58,534 nt of DNA, from NCBI GenBank assembly GCA_043804515.1, contig JAZDIZ010000074.1:1-58534 (forward strand), written 5' to 3'. The position numbers and the translations under genes were made by a program. Origin of the DNA: Pseudomonadota bacterium. GTDB lineage: Bacteria > Bdellovibrionota_G > JALEGL01 > DATDPG01. Below the pieces are notes generated by a model. It saw only the letters and a list, made by a program, of their open reading frames with translations, searched no databases and was not told the DNA's origin. Each line of letters starts with the position of its first letter. Within the stretch, counting starts at the first letter, position 1. Positions 47,695 to 57,806 of the stretch are shown piece by piece.

Positions 47695-47932
47695 TTACTG
47701 AGCAAGTGGCGTGCCAAGCCAAATCATCAATTAATCCGGGCAGGTATGTTTCAAGCACGGGTGGGGATAACCCGAACGCTCTGCAACATTTGCGGGGTTG
47801 CACCGAGTAGCTCCAACATCGATCGGCCATGTCGCCGACCGGCGGGATTCGATGAGGCGCACCGAAGTCCCCGCTTTGAACAGTCAATTGTCGGGTTTTG
47901 ACCCTACGCCCGGATGCGGTTACGTTAATTCC

Positions 47933-48214
47933 ATGAAGCTCTCTCCCGACGAGGTGGACCGGATCGTCCGCAGAGTTCTTCGGGAGTGGCTGAATCAGAA
48001 GGTCGCGGCGGCCAAAGTTCCGGAAGAAAAGATTCACCAAAAACTCAACGAGATTTTCCTCAAGGAACTCCGGGTCGAGGACGGCCTCAACGCCGAGGTC
48101 GAAACCATGCTCACGAAATACGAAAAGGAGTTCGCGAGCGGAAAGCTGGACCGGAGGAAGATGTTCCTGCTGATCAAGAACCAGCTCGTCAAGGAACGGC
48201 GGATCATCCTGTGA
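47933..48214 (+). CDS. DUF507 family protein
   Basis: About 93 aa: MKLSPDEVDRIVRRVLREWLNQK...LTKYEKEF...IKNQLVKERRII, the pattern I associate with DUF507. ATG at 47933. Confidence 0.75.
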   Translation: MKLSPDEVDRIVRRVLREWLNQKVAAAKVPEEKIHQKLNEIFLKELRVEDGLNAEVETMLTKYEKEFASGKLDRRKMFLLIKNQLVKERRIIL

Positions 48215-48483
48215 GGCTTTCCGAAGACAAAATTTCGCACATCTCCCACCTTCTCATCGACGGGGTCCAGAAAGAGGGGCTGGTGGCGTTCGAGGACCGG
48301 GCCCGGATCCTCAAGGTCACCAAGGAAACCTTGACCCACTATTCCCGCATGGACGACGAGGCGGACCGAGCCGTGCGCCAAAAACTGGCCACCTACTCGC
48401 GAAACATCCAGGAGTTCTCCCGCGAGTGGGACGTCATGTACAAAAAGTTGTTCGAAGAGGAGATGAGAAAGCGCTGGCGATGA
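48211..48483 (+). CDS. DUF507 family protein (second paralog)
   Basis: The GTG at 48211 overlaps the upstream stop (GTGA). RLSEDKISHISHLLIDGVQKEGLVAF...REWDVMYKKLFEEEMRKR. Confidence 0.7.
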   Translation: MRLSEDKISHISHLLIDGVQKEGLVAFEDRARILKVTKETLTHYSRMDDEADRAVRQKLATYSRNIQEFSREWDVMYKKLFEEEMRKRWR

Positions 48484-50246
48484 AAGAGCCCCGCGTCTGG
48501 ATCACTGCGGCCGCTTTTCTTCTGTTCCTGCTCGTCACCCGCGTCACCGAGCTGGGCGTCAAGCCCTACCACCACGACGAATCGCTTTACGCCGTGGAAG
48601 CGTGGCGATACGCCAAGACGGGCGCGTATCAATTCAACCCGATGCTGCACGGTCCGTTCGAATTCCATTTTCACGCGGCGCTCCTGAAATTTCTGCCCGC
48701 CAATGATTTCACGGGGCGCCTTCCCGTCATGATCTTCGGGATCCTTTTCCCTCTCCTGGGGATGCTGCTCCTCCGAAGGCGCGGCGGCGCGGCAATGGTG
48801 GCGTGGCTCGCCCTCTGCGCTCTTTCGCCGGTGATGTGCTTCTTCTCCCGTTTCCTCGGAATGGACATCGTCATGGTGGGGTTAGCGGCGGCCTTCCTCT
48901 ATTTTCTCCTGGAATTTCTACGCACGCAGCGGATCGGCTACGCATACGGAGGCACCGTCATCCTGGCGTTCATGATCTCGACGAAGCTGAATTGGCTCTT
49001 CTACGCTTTCTCCTTCGTGACGTTCGCTGCCGTCTGGTGGTTCTTCCAAAAGGAGAATCGCAACGAACGGCTCCGGGAAGAAACCCGCAAGGCGCTCGGC
49101 TTCGTCAAGGCGAACTGGGTCGACTTCGCATACTGCGCGGGGCTTTTCCTAGTTATTTACGCCGGCCTGTATTCGTCGCTCGGGGCGAACCGCGAGTTTT
49201 GGAAGGAGTCCACGATCCTCAAGATGGTGCGGTACTGGATCGCGCAGCACGAGATGCAGCGGATCAAAGGCCCCTTCCATTATTATGTGCCCTTGCTCCT
49301 GATCTATGAGCTTCCCCTTCTGATCGGGATCGCTTGGGCGACGCTTCGCGCGGCGTACTCGAAGCCGCGGCGCAAGAAGCTGGCGTTCCGTCTCCTGATG
49401 TCCACGCTGCTGATCTGGGGCGCTTGCGCCGTCAACTGGTCGTGGTTGGGCCCTCCGCTCGGAGCGGTCTTTCATCTCGAGGAACCTTGGCACCCGGCGC
49501 TTCTTACACTCGAGTTGAGCGCGTGGTGGATCCTGGTGACCTATCATTTCGAAAGAGAGGAAACCTTCGAAGCATTCCTCGTTCACTGGGGTATCACATC
49601 TCTCCTGCTGTATTCGTACGCAGGCGAGAAGATCCCCTGGCTCACGACACACATCCTCCTTCCCTGGTTTCTTTATTTAGCTGTGGTCTTTTCCTCGGTG
49701 ATTTCGGAATTGATCGAACGTCCTGTCCGAAGGGCCTTGATCGGTTCGGCGTTGATCCTGACCGTGGGATGGCAGGGATTCAACGTGATCCGATCCTCCT
49801 TCGCCTACCGCGCCGATCCGAGGGAGCGTCTCGTGTACACGCATAGTTCCTGGGACATGGTGCGGCTCGTCGACCAGATTGAGCATCTCTCGGCTGCCAC
49901 GGGTGAAGGCAAGGATCTCAAGATCGAGGTCGTGGGGGACTCCGCGTGGCCGCTCTATTGGTATCTGCGTGATTATCACCGGTGGTTTTACTTGGAAGTG
50001 GATCCCAAGACCGCGCCGTGGGTGGTCGTAACCGATTGGACGAAGAAAGACCCGGTGGCTCAGATGCTCGGCGACGCTTATGTCCAGGAGAGGTACAAAC
50101 TGCGCGAGTGGTGGCTGTACGAGACGCAGAAAGCCTCGATGACGGACATCATCGGATACTATTTCACGCGGAAGCCGTTCAGCGTTCTGGGCAGCCAGGA
50201 CATCGCCGTCTTCGTCCGCCGCGACGCTCTGCCCCTCTGGCAATAG
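48480..50246 (+). CDS. polytopic GT-C-fold glycosyltransferase-like membrane protein (TIGR03663/ArnT/PMT-like)
   Basis: The ATG at 48480 overlaps the upstream stop (ATGA). More than 10 predicted TM helices. Early loop motif YHHDESLYA. Soluble C-terminal domain. Confidence 0.8.
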   Translation: MKEPRVWITAAAFLLFLLVTRVTELGVKPYHHDESLYAVEAWRYAKTGAYQFNPMLHGPFEFHFHAALLKFLPANDFTGRLPVMIFGILFPLLGMLLLRRRGGAAMVAWLALCALSPVMCFFSRFLGMDIVMVGLAAAFLYFLLEFLRTQRIGYAYGGTVILAFMISTKLNWLFYAFSFVTFAAVWWFFQKENRNERLREETRKALGFVKANWVDFAYCAGLFLVIYAGLYSSLGANREFWKESTILKMVRYWIAQHEMQRIKGPFHYYVPLLLIYELPLLIGIAWATLRAAYSKPRRKKLAFRLLMSTLLIWGACAVNWSWLGPPLGAVFHLEEPWHPALLTLELSAWWILVTYHFEREETFEAFLVHWGITSLLLYSYAGEKIPWLTTHILLPWFLYLAVVFSSVISELIERPVRRALIGSALILTVGWQGFNVIRSSFAYRADPRERLVYTHSSWDMVRLVDQIEHLSAATGEGKDLKIEVVGDSAWPLYWYLRDYHRWFYLEVDPKTAPWVVVTDWTKKDPVAQMLGDAYVQERYKLREWWLYETQKASMTDIIGYYFTRKPFSVLGSQDIAVFVRRDALPLWQ

Positions 50247-50659
50247 CCGCTCATTCGAGCGACACGCATTCGGCACCGCCCTAATATCGCGGATTCGCAG
50301 TAATGATGACGATGTGGGTCCGGCCGGTCCGAAAGAGATGAGGGCGACTCCAAATCACCAAATGGAGCCGTCGGTGTTCCGTCGGCTCCGCCGGCAATCT
50401 AAGGCTCCGCCGCCGGAGCCCCCGCCGGCTCCCGGTTGGAAAGACCGATTACACCTCTAGCCATCCCGCCCGGTCCCACTTCGCGATCTGCGATCCAGAA
50501 TGAACAGGTTTTTCTAACTTAGAAACGTTCCATCAAGATAAACGGCGTTCGCGACAAGGTACTGACGTAATCGGCGGGCTCGCCTGCTCCCAAGGAAGAA
50601 TCTTAGTCAAGGGGCGCGGCGACTGCGTCCCTTGAACGAAATTCAGAAGGAGGATTCTC

Positions 50660-51883
50660 TTGACCAGGCGCGTCAAGTTTCGTAAACGCTGTTCTATTAT
50701 GGTGAACGTTGTCGTCCTGACCCTTATTTCTTTCCTGATCGCGACTGCGAATGCGGCCCCTCAGCGTCGGTTACCCACGCCCGAGGACGCTCGAAACAGC
50801 GTTGTTTCGGTTCTCACGTCGGCCTCCGCTGAGACCCTCACCCATGCCGATAGCGTGCACTCAGGTTTCTTCATTCGGTATGGAGCCGAGACCCTCTTAG
50901 TCAGCCAGTCGAACTTGGCGGCGGGGTACCCCTCCCTTTGGGTCAGCACTTCAACCGGGAATCAATACCGCATCCTGAGCGTAGCCGTGGACGAGTACTC
51001 CGGCATCATGCTGGGAAAGGTGGATTTCAGGGGCGATCCTGTTCCACCTCCTCTGCCCCTGGCTCCCGCGGATCACGACTATGTCGGGGGCCAGTCGGTT
51101 GTATTCATCGGTGGTGCGATCCTTCCGGGGCAATCGATCGTCCAAGGTTCGCTGATTCAAAACGACGAAGTCGTGAAACGATTGGGCGACAACAAAATCG
51201 TTCTCGCCACGACAGGTACTTCCAGCACCAGGAAGATGGCGGGAGGCCCCGTCTGGGATACCGACCAGGGCGTGATCGGCGTTCATTGCCTCAAAGTCCC
51301 GCACGACGGCGAAGACTACAAAGTGTTCATGCCCGTGGGTTATCTTCGAACTTTCCTGGCCCGAGCAGTGCCCTCATCTTCCAGGCCTGCGACATTCATC
51401 CCCGTAAGCGGTTGGTACGACGCCTGGAGGAGATCGAACGGCGATATCGAGAGGCGGATGGGCCAAGAGTTGAACGAGGAGCATACGGATGTGGTGATTT
51501 CCCTCTTTAAAAAGATTCCTTCCAATTCTTCGCGCTCACCCACTGCATGGTGGCTTTACGCCAGCGCGTTGTTGATCGACGACCTGACAAACCATTCCAC
51601 ATACAATTATTGGTTTTATGGTTGGGGGGATAAGACATTGAAGAAGGCCCATGACGCCTTTGTCGCGGCGATCACCGGATTTTCAGCTCGACGGGAGCTT
51701 GAGGATTTTTTCCCGCATGAGCAGTCCCACGTCGGCCTGGCTTTGACGGGCGCCGTCTACCGCAACCGCAAATTGGTGATGTCCAATTATCGCTGGCTGA
51801 ACAGCCACGGTTCGCCATACGCCGACTCGTTGGAAGCCGACAAACTCGCGGCATCTTTTATTGACAAGAAGGCCGCTCGCTAG
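50660..51883 (+). CDS. secreted trypsin-fold (S1C-like) domain protein, apparently lacking the catalytic triad, plus a helical C-terminal domain
   Basis: TTG at 50660 lies 5 nt after AAGGAGG. Signal peptide ...ISFLIATANA. RNSVVSV...HSGFFI...LLVSQSNL...SGIMLGKV...KMAGGPVWD aligns by eye to the DegP-like pattern, with His, Asp and Ser replaced. Confidence 0.65.
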   Translation: MTRRVKFRKRCSIMVNVVVLTLISFLIATANAAPQRRLPTPEDARNSVVSVLTSASAETLTHADSVHSGFFIRYGAETLLVSQSNLAAGYPSLWVSTSTGNQYRILSVAVDEYSGIMLGKVDFRGDPVPPPLPLAPADHDYVGGQSVVFIGGAILPGQSIVQGSLIQNDEVVKRLGDNKIVLATTGTSSTRKMAGGPVWDTDQGVIGVHCLKVPHDGEDYKVFMPVGYLRTFLARAVPSSSRPATFIPVSGWYDAWRRSNGDIERRMGQELNEEHTDVVISLFKKIPSNSSRSPTAWWLYASALLIDDLTNHSTYNYWFYGWGDKTLKKAHDAFVAAITGFSARRELEDFFPHEQSHVGLALTGAVYRNRKLVMSNYRWLNSHGSPYADSLEADKLAASFIDKKAAR

Positions 51884-51925
51884 ATCTTAGGGCTCTCCGA
51901 TATCGGAATTCAGAAACCGATTCGG

Positions 51926-51962
51926 ATGCCTGCTTGCCCGGCTGCCTTGCTGCCGGCTGCCC
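51926..51962. repeat. dispersed motif, 1.5 copies (ATGCCTGCTTGCCCGGCTGCC + TTGCTGCCGGCTGCCC)
   Basis: Related to 44048-44066 (one substitution plus one inserted C). Lies in the convergent gap between 50660..51883 and the M16 peptidase gene. Confidence 0.7.
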
Positions 51963-51976
51963 GATGACGGGTGTTT

Positions 51977-54550
51977 TCAATGCACTCCGGGTGACAGGAG
52001 CGCGAGGACGGATTTCTCGGGTGTGAGATACTTTTCGGCCACCGACTGGACGTCCTGCGCCGAGACCTTGAGGACCCCCAGCGTGTAATCCTCCAGCGTC
52101 CGCTCCGTGCCGTAGAGCTCGCCCAATGCAAGCGCGACGGCCTGGGATCCGCTCCGCTGCAATTCGATCTCGTGGTTTCCGGCGATGAAGTTCTTGACGC
52201 GATTCAATTCCTCCGGCTCCACGCCGTTCTTCTGGAGCTCGACGATCTCGCGGCGGATTTCCTCCAAGGCCCGATCCACGCGGTCCGTCGCCGTATTAAA
52301 TGCGACGGCGATCGCTCCGCAATCCAATCCCAGGAACACAGAGACCTCCACCGTGTAAAGGAGGCCTAGTTCCTCGCGCAGGCGTACGTACAGCCGTCCG
52401 CCACCCGAACTGGCCAGCACGGCCGAGAGCACGTCCAGGGCGTATCTCTCCTCGGAATGAATCGAGGGACCGAGGAAGCCGTAAAGCGCGTACGCCTTTT
52501 CGCCTTGGATGGGCCGCCGGACTTCGCTCGCCTCGGAGAGAGGCCGCAGCTCTCCCCCGCCAGAAAGCTTCCGGGACCGCCGAGGGAGTTTCGCGGTGAG
52601 CTCTTCCAACTTCTCCTTCAAGAATGAAGGGTCGAGCGGCCCCACTACGCCCAAGACCATGCGCTCGGGAGCCAGGGTCATGCGGTAATGCTCCCTCAGA
52701 TTCTTCGACCGAAGGCGACGGAGCGATTCCGGAGTCCCCAAAAGGTTCATTCCGTACGGATGCCCCTTGAACAGCGTTTCGGAGAAGACGTTCGCCGCGG
52801 CCGCTTCGAAGTAGTCCCGCTGCGCTTCCAGTTCCCGGAGAGCCACTCTCCTCTCCAAATCCACGTCCGGTTCCTGGAACAAAGGATGGAGCAAAATGTC
52901 CGAGAAAAGATCCAGGGCCGGCGCGAGGTTCGCGGAAGCCACGTCCATTCTCAGGCCGAGCGTGTTCCGTCCCACTACGGAAGCCAGCTCTCCCTGGAGG
53001 GAGGAGGCTTCCTCGGCGACTTGCTCGTACGTCCGGGTGCAGGTGCCGTGGTCCAGCGTGGCCCCGATCAGGTTGGAGATCCCGCTCTTTCCGGGATCCT
53101 CGGCCCAAAGGCCCCCCAATGCCGTGCCGAAAAGGCCGGAAATACGCGACGCCGGCACGGGGCGGAACACCACGCGCACGCCGTTGGAAAGAGTGAACCT
53201 TTCGACGGATTCTTTTCGCCCGCTGCGTTTTGCGACCGGGGGACGCGCCTCTTCCCCCGTTTCCACACAAGAACGGATCGCGTCTTCGGGCTGAACGGGA
53301 TCGGACGCAGGCAGGAGAAGGCCGATCCCCGTCTTCCCGAGGTCCAGGTAACTCCGCGCGGCCTGAGTCACCTCCTCTTCCGTGACCGTCCGAATGCGGG
53401 CGCGATACCGCTGTTCCTCCTCGAAATCGCCGTAGATCCACTCGTAATGCGCGAGCGTGCGGGCCCTCCCCTCCGCCGTCTCGTCCGCGAAGAGAAGCTC
53501 CTTTTCAAGCTGGGCCTTGGCCCGCGTCAATTCGGCCCGGGAGATCCCCTCGCGCCGAACCCTTGAAATCTCGCGGGCCACGTGCCGGAGAACCTCCTGT
53601 TCGTTGTCCTTATAAAGGAAGGCCCGGATCAGGAATTGTCCGGTGCGCTCGGGGGAATAGAGGCTCGTGGCCACGGACCGGACCACTTTTTTCTCCAGTT
53701 TGAGGAGAACGTGGAGTCTCGAAAGGTCCCCTTCACCGAGGACGATGGAGAGAAGGTCGATCACGGGAAGATCCGGATGGCGGATCCCGGGGATCGGAAA
53801 CGCTATGTCCATGATCCTCTCTTCGCTCCCCTTTTGGATCCGAAGGAATGCGGGGCTCCGCAACGCTTGGACTTCCGGCACCGTGGGCGCCTTTTCACCG
53901 TCCAGAGCGAGTTCGTTCAGATAACCGCGCACGAACTCCGAGAGCCGCACCCATTCCATGTTCCCAACCACGGCTAGAACCATGTCGGCCGGGCGGTACC
54001 ACCGGCGGTAAAAGCCGAGAAGCTCGCGGTGTCCCAGACCCCTGACTTCGGCTTGTTTCCCGATGATCGGCCGGCCGTAGCCGTGATCGGGATAAAGCGA
54101 TTCAAAAAACCGGTCCGAGAGGAGAGAGTCCAGGGCATCCTCCCCCTCTTTGAGCTCCTCCAGGATCACCTTGCGCTCGATTTCCATCTCCTCCTCGTCG
54201 AGCTGGGACTTAAAGACCATGTCCAGCAGGATCTGGAGTCCTTCGTTCCAGGACCGGGAAGAGAGCGCCATGTGGTAGGCGGTTTCCTCGTAGGACGTGT
54301 ATGCGTTGACGTTGCCGCCCAGATTTTCGATGGCATCGTTGAGCGCCACGGAATCCAGCGTCTCCGTCCCTTTGAACAGCATGTGCTCCAGGAAGTGCGA
54401 GGCTCCCCGCTCGGACACTCCCTCGTGCGCGCTACCGACCCCCACCCACAGGTGGTACGCTACCGCCGGCGTGGAAGGATCGAACTCGTGGACAAGCCTG
54501 AAACCGGAAGGATGCGTGAGCTTCTGAACCTTAGTGGCGCCGGAGCCCAT
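51977..54550 (-). CDS. M16 (pitrilysin/insulinase) family zinc peptidase, fused active and inactive halves
   Basis: HxxEH zinc motif HFLEHMLFKGT in the first half. The second M16-like half has no such motif. ATG at 54550 preferred; the track start is 54631. Confidence 0.9.
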   Translation of the reverse strand: MGSGATKVQKLTHPSGFRLVHEFDPSTPAVAYHLWVGVGSAHEGVSERGASHFLEHMLFKGTETLDSVALNDAIENLGGNVNAYTSYEETAYHMALSSRSWNEGLQILLDMVFKSQLDEEEMEIERKVILEELKEGEDALDSLLSDRFFESLYPDHGYGRPIIGKQAEVRGLGHRELLGFYRRWYRPADMVLAVVGNMEWVRLSEFVRGYLNELALDGEKAPTVPEVQALRSPAFLRIQKGSEERIMDIAFPIPGIRHPDLPVIDLLSIVLGEGDLSRLHVLLKLEKKVVRSVATSLYSPERTGQFLIRAFLYKDNEQEVLRHVAREISRVRREGISRAELTRAKAQLEKELLFADETAEGRARTLAHYEWIYGDFEEEQRYRARIRTVTEEEVTQAARSYLDLGKTGIGLLLPASDPVQPEDAIRSCVETGEEARPPVAKRSGRKESVERFTLSNGVRVVFRPVPASRISGLFGTALGGLWAEDPGKSGISNLIGATLDHGTCTRTYEQVAEEASSLQGELASVVGRNTLGLRMDVASANLAPALDLFSDILLHPLFQEPDVDLERRVALRELEAQRDYFEAAAANVFSETLFKGHPYGMNLLGTPESLRRLRSKNLREHYRMTLAPERMVLGVVGPLDPSFLKEKLEELTAKLPRRSRKLSGGGELRPLSEASEVRRPIQGEKAYALYGFLGPSIHSEERYALDVLSAVLASSGGGRLYVRLREELGLLYTVEVSVFLGLDCGAIAVAFNTATDRVDRALEEIRREIVELQKNGVEPEELNRVKNFIAGNHEIELQRSGSQAVALALGELYGTERTLEDYTLGVLKVSAQDVQSVAEKYLTPEKSVLALLSPGVH

Positions 54551-55744
54551 AGGGGGGCGGAAGCTATCCAAGTTGACCCGGATAGTAAAGCGACGCTGGG
54601 GATTTACGTCCACATCCCCTTTTGCCGCCACAAGTGCCCCTTCTGCGATTTCTACACGTTCCCCATCGTGCGCGGGGACACGATCCCGAATTACTTCCGC
54701 GCCTTGCTCGGCGAAATCGGCCGATTCGAGGAGTTCGGCTGGTCGGGCGACCGATCCGTTTCGTCCGTCTATTTCGGCGGCGGCACCCCGAGCCTTGTGG
54801 AAGCCGACGACGTCGCGAGCATCTTAAAAAAGATCCGATCGGTCTTTTCGGTACGATCCGGCGCGGAAGTCACACTGGAGATCAACCCCGAAGATGTGAC
54901 GCCCGAAAAGGCCCGGGCGTGGCGGAGTTTGGGAATCAACCGCGCAAGCCTGGGCGTCGAGTCCCTCGGCAAGGGTGAACTCCGGCGGCTGGAACGGCTG
55001 CACGATCCCGAGCAAGCCCGTCAGGCGTTTCGACACCTGCGGGACGTGGGATTTTCAAACGTGAATGTCGATCTGATGCACGGCCTGGAGGGCCAGGATC
55101 TGATCCATTGGAAAGAAACGCTGACCGAGGTGATCGCGTGGAACCCCGAGCACGTTTCGGCATACGGTCTCACGATCGAGGAGAAAACCCGATACGCCAA
55201 GGAGCAGCGCCTCGGAAAACTCTTTCTTCCTCCGGAGGAAATTCAGGCTGAGCTTTTAATGGAGTCCGCCCGGGTCTTGGCGGAAGCCGGATACCGAAGG
55301 TACGAGATTTCCAATTTCGCGCGGCCCGGCTTCGAGTCCCGCCACAACCTGATCTATTGGACCGGCGGCGAATACTGGGGTGTCGGCGTTGCGGCCCACT
55401 CGTTTCAAAAGCGGAACGGCACATTCACCCGCTGGTGGAATCCCCGCGACCTGAGGAGCTACGTCCGAGCGCTTCTTGCGGCCTCCGATCTTCCGCGTGA
55501 ATCCGAAACGATCACGCCGCAAGTTCACTGGGGGGAGCGCCTCATGACGGGATTGCGCCTAATCCGCGGCGTCTCGCTCGCGGAACTGGAGGCGGAAATC
55601 GGGGTGCCGATTCCGAAAACGACGGCCGACGGCATCCGGCGTTTCAGCGGAACAGGTCATCTCCGGACCGAAGAAGGTCACCTGACTTTGAGCAGCGCCG
55701 GGATTCTCATTTCGAACGAGATTTTCCGCGGTCTTCTCTCCTGA
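54512..55744 (+). CDS. hemW: radical SAM heme chaperone HemW (coproporphyrinogen III oxidase-like)
   Basis: LGIYVHIPFCRHKCPFCDFYT (CxxxCxxC), GGGTPS, HemN_C-like C-terminus. The nearest in-frame ATG is 54512. The track ORF from 54029 is antisense to the M16 gene. Confidence 0.88.
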   Translation: MRELLNLSGAGAHRGAEAIQVDPDSKATLGIYVHIPFCRHKCPFCDFYTFPIVRGDTIPNYFRALLGEIGRFEEFGWSGDRSVSSVYFGGGTPSLVEADDVASILKKIRSVFSVRSGAEVTLEINPEDVTPEKARAWRSLGINRASLGVESLGKGELRRLERLHDPEQARQAFRHLRDVGFSNVNVDLMHGLEGQDLIHWKETLTEVIAWNPEHVSAYGLTIEEKTRYAKEQRLGKLFLPPEEIQAELLMESARVLAEAGYRRYEISNFARPGFESRHNLIYWTGGEYWGVGVAAHSFQKRNGTFTRWWNPRDLRSYVRALLAASDLPRESETITPQVHWGERLMTGLRLIRGVSLAELEAEIGVPIPKTTADGIRRFSGTGHLRTEEGHLTLSSAGILISNEIFRGLLS

Positions 55745-55925
55745 GAGGTACGCAAGAAAGTTCGAACTCCGCTGCAACTTTTACATATCATCCGAAAAAA
55801 GTTCCCCCGGAACGCCACCCGAGTTCCGATTTTCCAAAAACAGCCTGTCCTTTCAAGGAGTTAACTATTCGTGGTGGAACCGCGATCCAGCACGTTTCTT
55901 GCTGTCTATACATATGAGGGAATTA

Positions 55926-57176
55926 ATGGGAGTCGGCACAAAGAGAGTTCTGGCTATTTTGATCCTGGTCGGCGCCCTCATCGTCGGCTGCGGGAAGAAA
56001 GCGAAGCTGGCTCAGAACATCTCGATCAATCCTGACAAGATCACGGGGTCGACGGGGCTCCTCGCCATCATCGGACAGACCGTCGAGGGCTCGATCGACG
56101 TGGTTTACAGTTCGGGCTTCCAGCCTCTTTCGGGGATCACATATTCGGGCGACATCCCGAACGGCACCGCCAGCCTGATTGTTCTTCTGGCGTACACCGA
56201 AGATCTCTCGGGGCGCGAGTCGCGATTGCTCCAGGCCGGAGCGTCTACGGACGGCCTCACGCACGTGGATCCCGCCGGCCTCTACTATGCCCGCTTCGCC
56301 AACAACTCCGATCTCCAGTCCCTCACGCCGGGGGACCCGAACGAACCGCTCGTGAGGGAATTCGCCGGCATGGTGTACGTCGTGGGGGATCTCGGCCCAA
56401 CGCCAACGCCCACGCCCACCGTCACAGTAACGGCCACACCCACACCGACGGTCACGCCGACGCCCACCGCGACGCCGATCTTGCCTGATCCGGCGCAATC
56501 CGTGGTTTCCGGTTCCGTCATCATCAACGGCGGGGCCTTTTCCTCCAGTGCGCAGCCCTTCGTTCTGGATCCTTTGGGTTCGTTCAGTGTTGTCGTCAGG
56601 GACTCGGCCGGCCATCTGATTCTGGGCGCCGTCGCCCAGTTGGATCTGACGAACTGCTCCTATGTGCGGATATGCAAAGATCCGGCTGTGAACCTGTCGT
56701 GCCACCCGAACGGGTCCCCTTCCCGCGTCATCACGACGACCACGGCTTTGGCCGATGACCCGGACCACTTTTTCACCGCCGGGACGGCCGTGTTCAAGAT
56801 CCCCGGCACACTCACGGCACAGCACGCCGGATGCCCCCCGCCCCCGACAATACTGACCTGCGCGAAGCTGACGATCAACGGCGTCGCATTCCCGGATCAG
56901 GTCGTTTCCGTCCTGGACCTGATGGCCAACGGCGTCCCCCCGTTCGACGGCACCGCCTATCCATCGTCGTACGACGCGATGGCGGAAATATCGTATGCCC
57001 CGACTGATTTGTCATATGGTTACTGTCCGGAAGCGGATTTCAACGGCGACGGGACGATTTCGAACATGAGCGATGGCTACGATCTGGCCGATGCCGACCT
57101 TCTTTGGAGCAGGATCTCCTCCGGGCATTCCTACTGGACTTGCAATCCTGTGACGCCGACCTATTGCGAACCCTAG
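55926..57176 (+). CDS. hypothetical lipoprotein with Pro/Thr linker and C-terminal dockerin/EF-hand-like motif
   Basis: GAGGGA lies 6 nt upstream of the ATG at 55926. Lipobox LIVGC. PTPTPTPTVTVTATPTPTVTPTPTATP linker. DFNGDGTISNMSDGYDLADADLL near the C-terminus. Confidence 0.7.
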   Translation: MGVGTKRVLAILILVGALIVGCGKKAKLAQNISINPDKITGSTGLLAIIGQTVEGSIDVVYSSGFQPLSGITYSGDIPNGTASLIVLLAYTEDLSGRESRLLQAGASTDGLTHVDPAGLYYARFANNSDLQSLTPGDPNEPLVREFAGMVYVVGDLGPTPTPTPTVTVTATPTPTVTPTPTATPILPDPAQSVVSGSVIINGGAFSSSAQPFVLDPLGSFSVVVRDSAGHLILGAVAQLDLTNCSYVRICKDPAVNLSCHPNGSPSRVITTTTALADDPDHFFTAGTAVFKIPGTLTAQHAGCPPPPTILTCAKLTINGVAFPDQVVSVLDLMANGVPPFDGTAYPSSYDAMAEISYAPTDLSYGYCPEADFNGDGTISNMSDGYDLADADLLWSRISSGHSYWTCNPVTPTYCEP

Positions 57177-57317
57177 ACCGGACGTTCGCGGACACAGCAT
57201 CAAGTCGCTACGAAATGGTCAGATTTGGCGCAGATCAAGGCAGGGGCCATATCGCCAGATCCCGGCATCGGACAGAAGGAGAACACGCAAAACTATTAAT
57301 GAACTTAGATCACCCTT

Positions 57318-57806
57318 TCAAAACGCAACGTGGCTGGCGCCGGCGAAGTCGAGCGTCCAGGCAATTTTGGTCGGTTGGGGCGCTTTGTTTTCAACCTGAA
57401 GGCTTTCCAGACGTGCCAGCACGCATTTCAAGAAATCGCGGCCTCCGCTTCGGGATGACTGGACGTGGTCCACCGTAACGGATCCTTCTTCCGAGACTTG
57501 AAGGATCACGCGGACGCGCACGCTCTCTCTCGCTTCTTTGTGCGCCGCACAGGAATAGACTCCGGGCATCGCCGACCGGAGTTCCTCAGCGACCGAAACC
57601 ATCGGTTCCGCCCTTGCGAGCGTAGTGACCGGAATTTCAACATCAGAGATCGAGACGGTTTCGATCTTCCCCTGCACAGCCTTCAGTGCCGCCAAACGTT
57701 CCGTGAGAGATCCTTCTTCAGCCTGGGCAGCTCCCGATGAACCGATAATGCCGAGAAGAACGAGAGAGGCCGTAAGAACTGCTGCTTTCTGCGTTTTTGT
57801 GATCAT
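57318..57806 (-). CDS. hypothetical periplasmic protein
   Basis: Signal peptide MITKTQKAAVLTASLVLLGIIGSSGAAQA. Small C-terminal alpha/beta-like domain. Family not recognised. Confidence 0.6.
   Translation of the reverse strand: MITKTQKAAVLTASLVLLGIIGSSGAAQAEEGSLTERLAALKAVQGKIETVSISDVEIPVTTLARAEPMVSVAEELRSAMPGVYSCAAHKEARESVRVRVILQVSEEGSVTVDHVQSSRSGGRDFLKCVLARLESLQVENKAPQPTKIAWTLDFAGASHVAF

Noticed and set aside
54512-54631. Apparent divergent overlap of the hemW and M16 peptidase 5' ends (likewise FHA gene and bamD at 14240-14325)
   Set aside because: This is most simply a start-codon assignment ambiguity. Internal starts (54550 for M16; GTG at 14202 for the FHA gene) shrink or remove the overlaps. 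Sequence alone gives no evidence of functional overlap.
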